A stretch of DNA of 64,000 nucleotides from a candidate division WWE3 bacterium UBA1401 (GTDB lineage Bacteria > Patescibacteriota > WWE3 > UBA101185 > UBA10185). Under the pieces are notes generated by a model that was not told where the DNA came from, did not search any database, and saw only the letters and a list, made by a program, of their open reading frames with translations. The DNA lies in NCBI GenBank assembly GCA_002305115.1, contig DBQF01000001.1, positions 373,767-437,766 on the forward strand. The letters run 5' to 3'. Below are positions 8,864 through 18,457 of the stretch, in pieces; the first letter of the stretch is position 1; each line of letters starts with the position of its first letter. Both the position numbers and the translations under genes were made by a program.

Positions 8864-10457
8864 TATGCTTAAGCTTGTGAAAAAATTACAGCTTGAACTG
8901 GCGGTTCTTATAATCTTTGTGGCATCGCGTGTTCCCCACCTTGGCTACGACATTTTTAATACAGATGTTTGGAAATGGAAAGCCCGCACTTACAACTTTG
9001 GTAGTGGGGTTTTTGGTTTAGATTTTGCAGAGACTATTCAGAAGTACCATCCGGGGGTAGTTCTGATGTGGATAGGTACATTTGCGGTCAAGGTTTTTAA
9101 CCTGTTTTATAGTTTTGATGGCGCTGATAATGAATTAGCTCTAATTTTTAAGCTCCACTTTGTTCAGAAACTGTGTGTTGTGATAGTTATAGGCATAACT
9201 ATGGCATTTATTTTTTATGCACTTAGACAGTTATTAGGACTAAAGTATGCGTGTATAGCAGTTTTTCTACTAGCCATAGACCCGTTTTATGTGGCACTTA
9301 CTCGCGTTTTTCATCTAGAGGGGCTTATGTCCACTTTTATGTTAGCTTCGTTTGTATGGTTATACTGGTATCTAAAAGCTTTTCAAAAACACCAGCTTAT
9401 ACTGTCAGCCATTTTTGCCGGGTTGTCTATTCTTACGAAGACATCGAGTCTGTTTTTAGTGCCCTTTGCTGGGCTGGTTTTATTGATTGAGCATTTTATT
9501 TACAAAACCAAGCCGATTAAGTTTCTAGCCTCAACTTTTGGTTTGTGGTTAGGCATAGTTGCTTTAACTTTTGTTTTACTGTGGCCAGCTATGTGGACAA
9601 ATGCCGCAGATGTTTTTACTACTTTGTATAGAGGGATCTTTTCCATTGGTGTAGAGCAGGGTCATGAGCAGGTTTATTTTGGCAGGGTTATGAATGACCC
9701 TGGCATGGGTTTCTATTTTGTTGTGTTGGCATTAAAATCCTCAATTTACTTTTTGCCTGGTTTAGTTGGCTTTGTGTTCTTACTGATTACCCGAAAACTT
9801 TCTATAAAAGACAAACAGTTTGCTTTACACGCGCTTTTATTTGGTGTTTTCTATACTATAGAACTTTCTTTATCTTCTAAGAAATTAGACAGATATATTT
9901 TACCCACTTTACTGAGCTTTACACTGATTTCTACCTTTTTTTACAGGTGGCTTTGGGCAACACTTAGGTTTTATTTGCTGCTGTTATTTTTACCAGCATT
10001 ACTAATTTTGGCTAGAGTACATCCCGATTATTTTTCTTACTTTAGCCCTTATTTTGGGGGATTACGTACAGGTATTACTATTTTGGAACCTAAGTGGATG
10101 ATTGGTGCACGTGGTATTTCCGACTATGTATATTATTATAAAACCACACATCAGTTTGAAGACGTGGGTAATGGGGAAACTGTAGATAGCCTGAAGGCTG
10201 ACGCACTAAAGAAAAAGTTGTTGGTAGGATTTCAGGAGAAGTACTATGCCCAGATCTGGCCATTTGTAAGGGCAGTTGGGGCCGAGACAATTGTAAAAGA
10301 TCTAACCCCACATGCCCGAATGGCCAATATTTTCATTTATCCCGTGTGGAATGATGATTCTTATCTTGAAGATCGTTTTTTGATTAGACCTGTGGGCGAG
10401 ATAAGTTTACGGGGTGTGACTTTATACCGAGTTTATGAACGCTATGAACATCATTAA
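8850..10457 (+). CDS. GT-C-type polytopic membrane glycosyltransferase, paralog of 5872..7410
   Basis: 535 aa. It shares IQKYHPGVVLMW, IDPFYVALTRVFHLEG, ILTKTSS, GVEQGHEQVYFG and SKKLDRYILP in the same order as the equivalent blocks in 5872..7410. Confidence 0.75.
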   Translation: MKFFSMLKLVKKLQLELAVLIIFVASRVPHLGYDIFNTDVWKWKARTYNFGSGVFGLDFAETIQKYHPGVVLMWIGTFAVKVFNLFYSFDGADNELALIFKLHFVQKLCVVIVIGITMAFIFYALRQLLGLKYACIAVFLLAIDPFYVALTRVFHLEGLMSTFMLASFVWLYWYLKAFQKHQLILSAIFAGLSILTKTSSLFLVPFAGLVLLIEHFIYKTKPIKFLASTFGLWLGIVALTFVLLWPAMWTNAADVFTTLYRGIFSIGVEQGHEQVYFGRVMNDPGMGFYFVVLALKSSIYFLPGLVGFVFLLITRKLSIKDKQFALHALLFGVFYTIELSLSSKKLDRYILPTLLSFTLISTFFYRWLWATLRFYLLLLFLPALLILARVHPDYFSYFSPYFGGLRTGITILEPKWMIGARGISDYVYYYKTTHQFEDVGNGETVDSLKADALKKKLLVGFQEKYYAQIWPFVRAVGAETIVKDLTPHARMANIFIYPVWNDDSYLEDRFLIRPVGEISLRGVTLYRVYERYEHH

Positions 10458-11718
10458 ACTGTTCAGGAAAAATCAGCTGCTATCGGGAACTCTTATTGTT
10501 ACGGTTGGTTCCTTTCTTGGCAGTGTCTTCAGCTATTTGTTGCAGCTGTTTTTGGGTCGTAACCTGACAGTTGCGCAATATGGATTGTTTAACGCTTTAT
10601 TATCCTTATCGGTTATTATCTCCGTATTTAATGGTGCTCTTTCCACATCGCTTATTAAAGCTGTGTCTGAACTTAAGGCTCATGAACACTATGGTGTAAT
10701 AACCAAATTATTCAGACAACTCTCTTTACTGGCGCTAGCAGGCGGCATGGTGTTCTTTCTGCTTATTTTATTGTTTAGGCATTCTTTTGCTAAGTTCTTG
10801 CACACAGGTGAAAGTACACTTTTTATAATATTTGGTGTTTATATAGGCATTACGCTGCTGGGGATAATTGCACCTGCTTTCTTGCAGGGGCTGCTAAGAT
10901 TTAAAGCTTATGCCTTCTGGCTTGTTCTTACCAGTGTCTTGCGGTTTCTGTTTCCCGTGCTTTTGGTTTTTGTGGGTTTTGAAGTAAAGGGGGTATTTTT
11001 AGGCATAGCCTTTTCTGTGATTTGTTCTTATCTTGCAGCTGCTTTCTTATTAAGGCGTGATTTTCAAGAAGGGTTTACGGATAAACTGCATAGATATTAC
11101 AAAAAAATACTGATCTTTGCTGGGCCCGTGCTGTTTGTACACTTGGGGTTAACAATCTTAAACAATGCCGATGTGGTTTTAGTTAAGCACTATTTTGATG
11201 CCGATCTGGCGGGTATTTATTCTGGGACAGTTACTCTAGGAAAGATCTTGCTTTTTGGTGCTGGTACTGTAGGTGTGGTCATGTATCCACAAATTGCCGC
11301 AGCTTATGCTAGAAAAGAAGATTATTATGCCAAAATCAAGCCATTTCTGCTTCTTCAGACTGCAGTTGTTGTTCTTGGGCTTGTGGCCTTTGTATTTTTC
11401 CCTAAAGTGTTGACCTTAACGATGTTTGGCAGCAGGTATTTGGATTCTGTAGAATATCTGCCGGGGTTTTCGGTATTTATTGCGTTTTATATCTTAGCTA
11501 ATTTTTTGACATTATTCTTTCTGGCAATTGAAAAAGTAAAGGTGTTTGTTTTGCACATAAGCGCTGTAATACTGCAGCTAGTTTTGATTGCCACATACCA
11601 CGCGGATTTAAATCAGGTTATTTTTATGAATGTAGCTGTTTCCGGACTATTGCTTTTAAGTTTAGTTGGTTACTTTTTTAATAGTCGAAGCCGTGTGGGT
11701 GCTTCTCATACCACTTGA
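10435..11718 (+). CDS. Wzx-type flippase (MOP superfamily), second copy
   Basis: 427 aa and hydrophobic throughout, with a flippase-like N-terminus. The 3' end overlaps the 3' end of galE by 41 nt on the opposite strand. Confidence 0.75.
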   Translation: MNAMNIIKLFRKNQLLSGTLIVTVGSFLGSVFSYLLQLFLGRNLTVAQYGLFNALLSLSVIISVFNGALSTSLIKAVSELKAHEHYGVITKLFRQLSLLALAGGMVFFLLILLFRHSFAKFLHTGESTLFIIFGVYIGITLLGIIAPAFLQGLLRFKAYAFWLVLTSVLRFLFPVLLVFVGFEVKGVFLGIAFSVICSYLAAAFLLRRDFQEGFTDKLHRYYKKILIFAGPVLFVHLGLTILNNADVVLVKHYFDADLAGIYSGTVTLGKILLFGAGTVGVVMYPQIAAAYARKEDYYAKIKPFLLLQTAVVVLGLVAFVFFPKVLTLTMFGSRYLDSVEYLPGFSVFIAFYILANFLTLFFLAIEKVKVFVLHISAVILQLVLIATYHADLNQVIFMNVAVSGLLLLSLVGYFFNSRSRVGASHTT

Positions 11719-12679
11719 CGAGGTTTTCAATACTGGTTTTTAGTGTTCTTGTAGGTGTCCAGTTTAGTAACTTTTTCGCCTTTGAGTTATCTGCATAAAT
11801 TTTTGCGTATTCACCTTTCCTGGTTTCACCTTTTTGCTGAGGAATAGTAGTTTTTGTTATTGATTCTACCTGTTGCACGATTTCTTTTACGGAATAACCT
11901 TTGCCGGTGCCTAAGTTAAAGATGTTACTTGGGTTTCCTTCCATAAGGTAACCCAGGGCTTTCAGATGGGCATCTGCCAAATCATTGACGTCTATATAGT
12001 CTCTAATGGGAGTACCATCAGGTGTGTCTACTTCAGGACATGTCAGATAAAAGGGTTCTATGCCCAAACTACCCCTTACTGCGTTTTGAACAAGTAGTTG
12101 TGAAGGTTTCTTGCTGTCTCCAATAAGCCCATCTTCTGTTGCCCCACAGACATTAAAATATCTTAGGATTACAGATTTAATGTTGTGGATTTGGTTGTAC
12201 CATTTAATAATTCGCTCTGCCATTAATTTAGAATCACCATATGGATTAGTGGGGTTTTGAGGATGTTGCTCATCAACAGGTAAGTATTGAGTTTCGCCAT
12301 AGGTAGCACAAGTTGAGGAAAATACTAAATTGGTGATGTTATGTTGGCGCATGCCCTCTAGAAGGTTAAGAGTGCCAAGCACGTTGTTTTCAAAGTACAC
12401 ATAGGGGTTTTCCATAGATTCGTTTACCAAGCACAGCGCTGCGAAATGTATTACTCCATCGTACTGATTAGTTTTAAGTATTTTTGATATAGCCTCTTTG
12501 TCTCTTAAGTCTCCCTGTACAAAGCTAAGCTTGCCATACTGTTGAAGTGTTTCTATTGCTTGTGCAAATCCTCTAGAAAGATTATCAAATACCGTGACGT
12601 TATACCCCCGAGTTAAGAAAAGTTTTGTTGCATGGCTGCCTATATAGCCCGCGCCCCCTGTTATAAGTACGTTTTTCAT
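11678..12679 (-). CDS. galE: UDP-glucose 4-epimerase
   Basis: MKNVLITGGAGYIGSH Rossmann motif, PYGDSKLMAE (YxxxK), a 333 aa length and overall GalE-like sequence. Confidence 0.9.
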   Translation of the reverse strand: MKNVLITGGAGYIGSHATKLFLTRGYNVTVFDNLSRGFAQAIETLQQYGKLSFVQGDLRDKEAISKILKTNQYDGVIHFAALCLVNESMENPYVYFENNVLGTLNLLEGMRQHNITNLVFSSTCATYGETQYLPVDEQHPQNPTNPYGDSKLMAERIIKWYNQIHNIKSVILRYFNVCGATEDGLIGDSKKPSQLLVQNAVRGSLGIEPFYLTCPEVDTPDGTPIRDYIDVNDLADAHLKALGYLMEGNPSNIFNLGTGKGYSVKEIVQQVESITKTTIPQQKGETRKGEYAKIYADNSKAKKLLNWTPTRTLKTSIENLVKWYEKHPHGFDY

Positions 12680-12685
12680 AGTATA

Positions 12686-12691
12686 GTTATA
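12686..12691 (-). promoter_or_regulatory. -10-like TATAAC box 6 nt upstream of the galE ATG
   Basis: The minus strand reads cttTATAACtatactATG. Confidence 0.35.
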
Positions 12692-12725
12692 AAGCTAGCA
12701 TAAAATTTGCCCAAAACAAAACCTA

Positions 12726-13535
12726 ATGTTGGTTTCAATCATAGTTCCTGCCTACAAACAAGAGAAGACTATAAAAAAGGATATCCAGTGTATCTGTAAT
12801 GTTATGCGTCAAACTCGTTGGCAGTTTGAAGTAATTGTGGTGGTAGATGGCTTTTTGGATGATACCTATGATAAAGCTAAGGAATTAGAGAAGGAAGACA
12901 AAGTGGTTACTGTGGTTGGTTACAAGACGAATAGAGGAAAGGGTTATGCTGTCAGATATGGTATGGCGCGAGCAAGGGGTGATTATATAGCTTTTATTGA
13001 TGCCGGTATGGAAATTAATCCAAATGGTATTTCGTTGCTTTTAGAGCATATGCAGTGGTATGACGCTGACGTCATGGTAGCAAGCAAGCGGCATCCCGCC
13101 TCAAGGGTAAAGCTTTCCAGTATGCGCAAAATATATAGTTGGGGCTACTACTTACTTGTAAAACTACTTTTTGGTCTACGTATTTCAGATACTCAAGCCG
13201 GATTAAAAATCTTCAAACGGGAAGTACTACTTAAGGTTTTGCCCAGGTTATTAGTTAAGGATTTTGCCTTTGACATAGAGCTTTTAGCCGTGGCAAATCG
13301 ACTAGGTTTTACCCGAATTTACGAAGGCCCCGTAGAAATGACTTTGGATTTTTCGGTGGGATCAAAAATCAAGAAAGATGTGTTTTTGTTCCTAAACCCT
13401 ACTATTCGGGGTATGTTAATAGATACGTTTGCTGTGTTTTATCGTATCCATTTGTTGAGGTATTATGATGACGCAAACAAACGTAAGTGGGTATTTGATA
13501 AAGAACTACAGATGAGGGTTAATACAGGTGAATAA
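12726..13535 (+). CDS. GT2 glycosyltransferase
   Basis: MLVSIIVPAYKQE N-terminus, VVVDGFLDDT, AFIDAGME (DxD-like) and a 269 aa length. Confidence 0.85.
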   Translation: MLVSIIVPAYKQEKTIKKDIQCICNVMRQTRWQFEVIVVVDGFLDDTYDKAKELEKEDKVVTVVGYKTNRGKGYAVRYGMARARGDYIAFIDAGMEINPNGISLLLEHMQWYDADVMVASKRHPASRVKLSSMRKIYSWGYYLLVKLLFGLRISDTQAGLKIFKREVLLKVLPRLLVKDFAFDIELLAVANRLGFTRIYEGPVEMTLDFSVGSKIKKDVFLFLNPTIRGMLIDTFAVFYRIHLLRYYDDANKRKWVFDKELQMRVNTGE

Positions 13536-13537
13536 CT

Positions 13538-14551
13538 ATGCACAGCTTTAGCGTTATTATCCCTGTTAGAAGCTATAATGCTTTTCTAGAGGAAAATATT
13601 GCTGCCCTTAAGAAACTAACTTACCCCAAGTTTGAAGTACTCATTGTTTTTGATGAAAATCCCCATCTAGATTTCGCAGATTCGCGCTTCAAGATCCTTG
13701 TTTCCGGCCGGAAAAGCCCCGGAGAAAAAAGAAACATTGGGGCTTCTGCTGCTGTTGGCAACGTTTTGGCTTTTTTGGATGATGATGCCTACCCCAGAGA
13801 AGATTGGTTAGCGTGTGCAAACGAGTTATTTGATAAATATTCTTTATATGCACTAGGGGGTCCATCCCTTACTCCTAAGTCTGCACCTTTTGCTGAAAAA
13901 ATGTCTGGAGTAATACTGGAATCTATTTTAGCAAGTGCCAGCATAGTTCATAGATATAAGCCCTGTAAAGAGATGTTTGTAGACGATTACCCCACTGTTA
14001 ACTTATTTATTAAAAAAGATGCTTTTATGGCAGTGGGGGGTTTTTGTACTGACTTCTGGCCGGGCGAAGATACCAAGTTGTGTTTGGATCTTGTAGAACA
14101 GACAGGCAAGAAATTTATGTACCATCCAAATCCTATTGTGTATCACCATCGCAGACAATTCTTATTACCTCATCTTAAGCAAATTTCTAGATATGGAAGT
14201 CACCGCGGTCAGTTTGCGCGTATCTTTCCCCGGACGTCACGTGTGCCCCGTTACTTCATTCCTTCTATTTTCGTTTTAGGCTTAATTTCTGGTCCATTCT
14301 TAGCTAATTTATGGTTGCCATTCGGGTTTATTTTTTATAGTACTTTGTGGCTCTATACTTTAGTTCTACTTGGATTTTCGCTAAATACAGTTTTTAAAGA
14401 GAAAAACGTTATGGCAGGTCTATACTTTTTTTCAGGTGTTTTATTAACACATATTGTGTATGGCATAAACTTCATTGTTGGATTTGTTAAAAGACCCAGA
14501 TTACAATTAAGGGTGTACGATAAAGCTACCGGTAATTATTTAGGAGGTTAA
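13538..14551 (+). CDS. GT2 glycosyltransferase with C-terminal membrane segments
   Basis: FSVIIPVRSYN, AFLDDDAYP (DxD) and GEDTKLC motifs. The C-terminal ~90 aa are hydrophobic. Confidence 0.8.
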   Translation: MHSFSVIIPVRSYNAFLEENIAALKKLTYPKFEVLIVFDENPHLDFADSRFKILVSGRKSPGEKRNIGASAAVGNVLAFLDDDAYPREDWLACANELFDKYSLYALGGPSLTPKSAPFAEKMSGVILESILASASIVHRYKPCKEMFVDDYPTVNLFIKKDAFMAVGGFCTDFWPGEDTKLCLDLVEQTGKKFMYHPNPIVYHHRRQFLLPHLKQISRYGSHRGQFARIFPRTSRVPRYFIPSIFVLGLISGPFLANLWLPFGFIFYSTLWLYTLVLLGFSLNTVFKEKNVMAGLYFFSGVLLTHIVYGINFIVGFVKRPRLQLRVYDKATGNYLGG

Positions 14552-14554
14552 TTT

Positions 14555-14746
14555 ATGAAAGTAATTATTAATAAAGATCTATGCGTAGGGTGCGGTAGCT
14601 GTGTGGTTATTGCTCCGGAAGTATTTGAATTTGATGGTGAAGTTAGTAAAGTAAAAGAAGGTGTGGATTTAGCAAGTTATATAGTATCAATTAAGAAAGC
14701 TGCAGAAGCTTGCCCCTCGGGCGCTATACAGCTAGAGGAGGAATAA
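14555..14746 (+). CDS. small single-cluster [4Fe-4S]/[3Fe-4S] ferredoxin
   Basis: 63 aa with CVGCGSC ... ACP cysteine pattern. A strong SD (TAGGAGGT) lies upstream. Confidence 0.85.
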   Translation: MKVIINKDLCVGCGSCVVIAPEVFEFDGEVSKVKEGVDLASYIVSIKKAAEACPSGAIQLEEE

Positions 14747-14747
14747 C

Positions 14748-16232
14748 ATGAAAGTAGTAGTTGGATATCCGCCTATTGAAACCACAAAGGGTACTCCGCT
14801 TCTTTCGCAGAACAGACAGTTTCAGTATTTTCATACTCCAACGTATATCTATCCAATGGTTCCTGCTTTTGCGGCTACATTAGCTAAAGAAAAAGGTTAC
14901 GACGCTATTTGGATGGATGGTATTGCAGAAAAGCAGACTTATCAGGAGTGGCTTGATGTACTGATTTCAGAGAAACCGGATGTTCTGATGCTGGAAACTA
15001 AGGCGCCTGTGGTAAAGAAGCACTGGAAAATTATCAACGAATTAAAAGAAAAGATGCCAGATATGAAGATCATTATTGTTGGTGATCACGTAACCTTCTT
15101 GCCCCAGGAGTCTTTAGAAAATTCCCAAGTAGATTTTGTTATTACCGGGGGTGACTATGATTTCGTTTTATCAGATTTGTTAGATTACCTGACAAAAGCA
15201 ACACCTATGCCAAAAGGTGTGTGGGGTAGAAATACGGATGGTACTTTTTGGAATACGGGCCCTGCAGATTTGCATCATAACCTGGATGATTTGCCGTTCA
15301 TTGACCGCGATTTAACCAAGTGGAAGCTGTATGCGTATGAAAACGGCAATTTCAAATATAAACCTGCCACTTATGTTTATTCCGGAAGGGAGTGTTGGTG
15401 GGGGAAATGCACCTTTTGTATCTGGAACCAGGTGTTATACCCACACGGTAGTTACAGGAGCTTTTCTGCTGAAAGACTCTTTGCCGAAGTAAAACATCTT
15501 GTAGATAACTATGGTGTAAAAGAAATATTTGATGACGCCGGATCTTTATTTATTGGGACTAAGCTTAAAAAATTTTGTGAACTTATGATTGAATCTGGCT
15601 ATAACAAAAAAGTGGTTTTTAGCTGTAATATGCGGTTAAATGCATTAACTCAAGATTATTATGACCTTATGGCTAAAGCGAACTTTAGATATATACTCTT
15701 TGGGTTGGAATCGGGTAATCAGGAGACACTGGATAGAATTGATAAAGGTATAAGAGTTGAAGAGATAGAACAAGGTGTCAAAATGGCCAAACAGGCAGGC
15801 CTCGAGCCGCATATAACCATAATGCTCGGGTATCCGTGGGAAACAGAAGAGATGGCTCAAAACACTATAAATTTGGCGAAAGAGTTATTCAAGAAGGGTT
15901 ATGTAGACACGATGCAGGCAACTATTACTATTCCATATCCGGGCACTAAGCTTTATCAGGAATGTCTTGAGAATGACTGGTTTTGTGTTGATCCAAAAGA
16001 CTATGAGGCCTTTGACATGCGTGGCCCGGTTATGAAGACACCGTATTCCAAAGAAAGACTGATGGAATTAACTCAGGCTTTGTACACAGCCTTTATGTCA
16101 CCGCAGTTTATACTTCGCAAGATTTTGTCTATTAGATCTGTTGATGATATTAAGTTTTTTGTGATGGCAGGTAGAAAGTTGATTGGGCATTTGTTGGATT
16201 TCAATAAGGCTGAGGAAAAAGCATCCCTATGA
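14748..16232 (+). CDS. B12-binding-domain radical SAM enzyme (class B-like)
   Basis: The N-terminal ~150 aa look like a B12-binding domain ([14 protein letters not shown]). The radical-SAM core carries [10 protein letters not shown] (C216, C221, C224) and a later GLESG motif. An SD (GAGGAGG) lies upstream, and only 1 nt separates it from the ferredoxin gene. Confidence 0.85.
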   Translation: MKVVVGYPPIETTKGTPLLSQNRQFQYFHTPTYIYPMVPAFAATLAKEKGYDAIWMDGIAEKQTYQEWLDVLISEKPDVLMLETKAPVVKKHWKIINELKEKMPDMKIIIVGDHVTFLPQESLENSQVDFVITGGDYDFVLSDLLDYLTKATPMPKGVWGRNTDGTFWNTGPADLHHNLDDLPFIDRDLTKWKLYAYENGNFKYKPATYVYSGRECWWGKCTFCIWNQVLYPHGSYRSFSAERLFAEVKHLVDNYGVKEIFDDAGSLFIGTKLKKFCELMIESGYNKKVVFSCNMRLNALTQDYYDLMAKANFRYILFGLESGNQETLDRIDKGIRVEEIEQGVKMAKQAGLEPHITIMLGYPWETEEMAQNTINLAKELFKKGYVDTMQATITIPYPGTKLYQECLENDWFCVDPKDYEAFDMRGPVMKTPYSKERLMELTQALYTAFMSPQFILRKILSIRSVDDIKFFVMAGRKLIGHLLDFNKAEEKASL

Positions 16233-18457
16233 AAAAAGCATTAGTTACCGGATCTGCAGGTTTAATAGGCTCCGAAGCTGTGCGGTTTCTTGTTACACAA
16301 GGTTTTCAGGTTATTGGTATAGACAATGATATGAGAAAGTATTTCTTTGGAGATGAGGCCAGCACAGACTGGAACAGAAAGCTTTTGGAACAAGAGTACT
16401 CAGACTACAAACACTTTTCAACAGATATTAGGGGTAAATCAGCACTAGATGAAATTTTTGACCAACATAAGTTTGATTTGATAATACATACAGCTGCACA
16501 GCCCTCACATGATTGGGCTGCTAAAGAGCCTTTAACAGACTTTTCTGTAAATGCTTTAGGAACACTCAATTTACTAGAATCCTTCAGAAACTATTGTCCG
16601 GAAGCGGTTTTTATTTTCACATCTACTAACAAAGTATATGGAGATACCCCAAATGAGCTTCCGCTGGTGGAACATGAAACCCGCTTTGAAATTTCACCAG
16701 ATCACAAGTATGCAAACGGTATAGATGAAACAATGTCTATTGATTTTTCTAAACATAGCATTTTTGGTGCTTCCAAAGTTGCTGCAGATATTATGGTGCA
16801 AGAATATGGTAGATACTTTGGGCTTAATACTGTCTGCTTTAGAGGCGGCTGTCTAACAGGTCCTTCCCATAGTGGTACTAAACTGCATGGCTTTCTTGCA
16901 TACCTAATTAAGTGTATTGCTGAAAGCAACCCTTATACGATTTTAGGTTATAAGGGTAAGCAAGTTAGAGACAATATTCATTCAGAAGACTTAATTTCTG
17001 CCTTTTGGGAATTTTATCAAAACCCCAGGCAGGGAGAAGTTTACAATATTGGTGGATCTCGCCACTCCAACGTTTCTATGATGGAAGCCATTGAGAAGAT
17101 AGAGCAGGCTTTTGGGCGCAAAGGAAATATTGATTATTCAGAACAAAACCGTATTGGCGATCACATTTGGTATGTGTCAGATGTATCAAAATTTCAGAAG
17201 CACTACCCTAAATGGCAGTATAAATATAATATAGATGACATAATAGAGGAAATTTGTACCTTTGGCCATTTTTCAATTCCTCAAGTTTCTAGCGTTGTGG
17301 TTTCAGAGATGGAATCCACATTCAGGCAGAAAATATTTGTGGCTTCGCACGTCACTGAGGGTTTTGGTGTAGTACAAGCCCTTAAAGCTTATTTAGTAAA
17401 AAGAAACCCAAGATTTGCTTTTGTAGAACATCCGTTTTCTTATTCGGGTATATCCGGGTCTCGAGTCAGTACCTTCAGATCTAGTTTGCCTTCCACTGAG
17501 GAAGCCAAGAAACAGACACGTAATGTTTTTTTGTCCTTCATTAGAGACTTTGTCTTGTCTATTTATTGGTGTTTTAAAAGAGGTAAGGATAGTACTGTTT
17601 TTGTTGGTGTAGATAGCCTAAATGCTTTGGCAGGGCTAGTACTTAAGAGGTTGGGTTTGAATTTTGAACTGGTTTACTATGCTCCAGACTATACTCCTAA
17701 CAGGTTTGATAATAAGTTACTGAATAAGATTTATCAGACAATAGATAGAGTTGTTTCTAAAGGAGCTGATTATGTTTGGAATATTTCAGAACGAATGCAG
17801 CAGATGCGCGCCGATTTTGTAGAAGAAAGCCGAAATTTGTATGTGCCAAACGGAGTTTATCTAGATAAGGTAAACTTGGAAGCAAGAAAAGGTAGAGATA
17901 TTAATTCTTTAGTTATTTCAGAACATTTAACTAAAGGTAAAGGGCTTGAACTGGTGCTCGACTGCTTCGAGGATATCTTAAAGCTTAATGCTAACGCAAC
18001 TCTTTCTATTCTCGGTACAGGACCTGACGAAAGATATTTTAAAAGTCTAGTTGCCGAAAAACGTTTGCAAGATAAAATTTTCTTCTTAGGTAATGAAACT
18101 CCCGATATTTATCTTAATTATCTTGCAAAGTTTGGTATAGGGCTTTGTTTTAGAGAAGGAGGTGTGGAGAGCTTGGCCTATTATTCAGATCCTACTTCTG
18201 TAAAAGAGTTTCTTTCATGTGGAGTTCCTGTTATAGTAACTAGTAACCTATGGGTTTCGGTTGAGGTTGCAAGCGTACCACTTGGCAAAGCTATTGCGTT
18301 AACCAAATCTGATTTGCTTGATGCTTTAGGAAACCTCTGGCAAGATTCTGATTTATATGGCAAGGCGTCTCGGAATGGACCAGCCTTTAGTAATAAATTT
18401 TCTTGGGAGAAGATCTATCTTAGAGCATTTGCTCATCTTAAAAATTATGACCAATGA
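16229..18457 (+). CDS. fusion protein: N-terminal extended-SDR NAD-dependent sugar epimerase-like domain (CDP-paratose 2-epimerase-like) plus a C-terminal GT4-like glycosyltransferase domain
   Basis: TGSAGLIGS Rossmann motif and STNKVYGD are present, but FGASK replaces the expected YGxSK. The C-terminal ~380 aa are paralogous to the next gene and end with a GT-B C-lobe (ILGTGPDE...[11 protein letters not shown]). Confidence 0.8.
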   Translation: MKKALVTGSAGLIGSEAVRFLVTQGFQVIGIDNDMRKYFFGDEASTDWNRKLLEQEYSDYKHFSTDIRGKSALDEIFDQHKFDLIIHTAAQPSHDWAAKEPLTDFSVNALGTLNLLESFRNYCPEAVFIFTSTNKVYGDTPNELPLVEHETRFEISPDHKYANGIDETMSIDFSKHSIFGASKVAADIMVQEYGRYFGLNTVCFRGGCLTGPSHSGTKLHGFLAYLIKCIAESNPYTILGYKGKQVRDNIHSEDLISAFWEFYQNPRQGEVYNIGGSRHSNVSMMEAIEKIEQAFGRKGNIDYSEQNRIGDHIWYVSDVSKFQKHYPKWQYKYNIDDIIEEICTFGHFSIPQVSSVVVSEMESTFRQKIFVASHVTEGFGVVQALKAYLVKRNPRFAFVEHPFSYSGISGSRVSTFRSSLPSTEEAKKQTRNVFLSFIRDFVLSIYWCFKRGKDSTVFVGVDSLNALAGLVLKRLGLNFELVYYAPDYTPNRFDNKLLNKIYQTIDRVVSKGADYVWNISERMQQMRADFVEESRNLYVPNGVYLDKVNLEARKGRDINSLVISEHLTKGKGLELVLDCFEDILKLNANATLSILGTGPDERYFKSLVAEKRLQDKIFFLGNETPDIYLNYLAKFGIGLCFREGGVESLAYYSDPTSVKEFLSCGVPVIVTSNLWVSVEVASVPLGKAIALTKSDLLDALGNLWQDSDLYGKASRNGPAFSNKFSWEKIYLRAFAHLKNYDQ

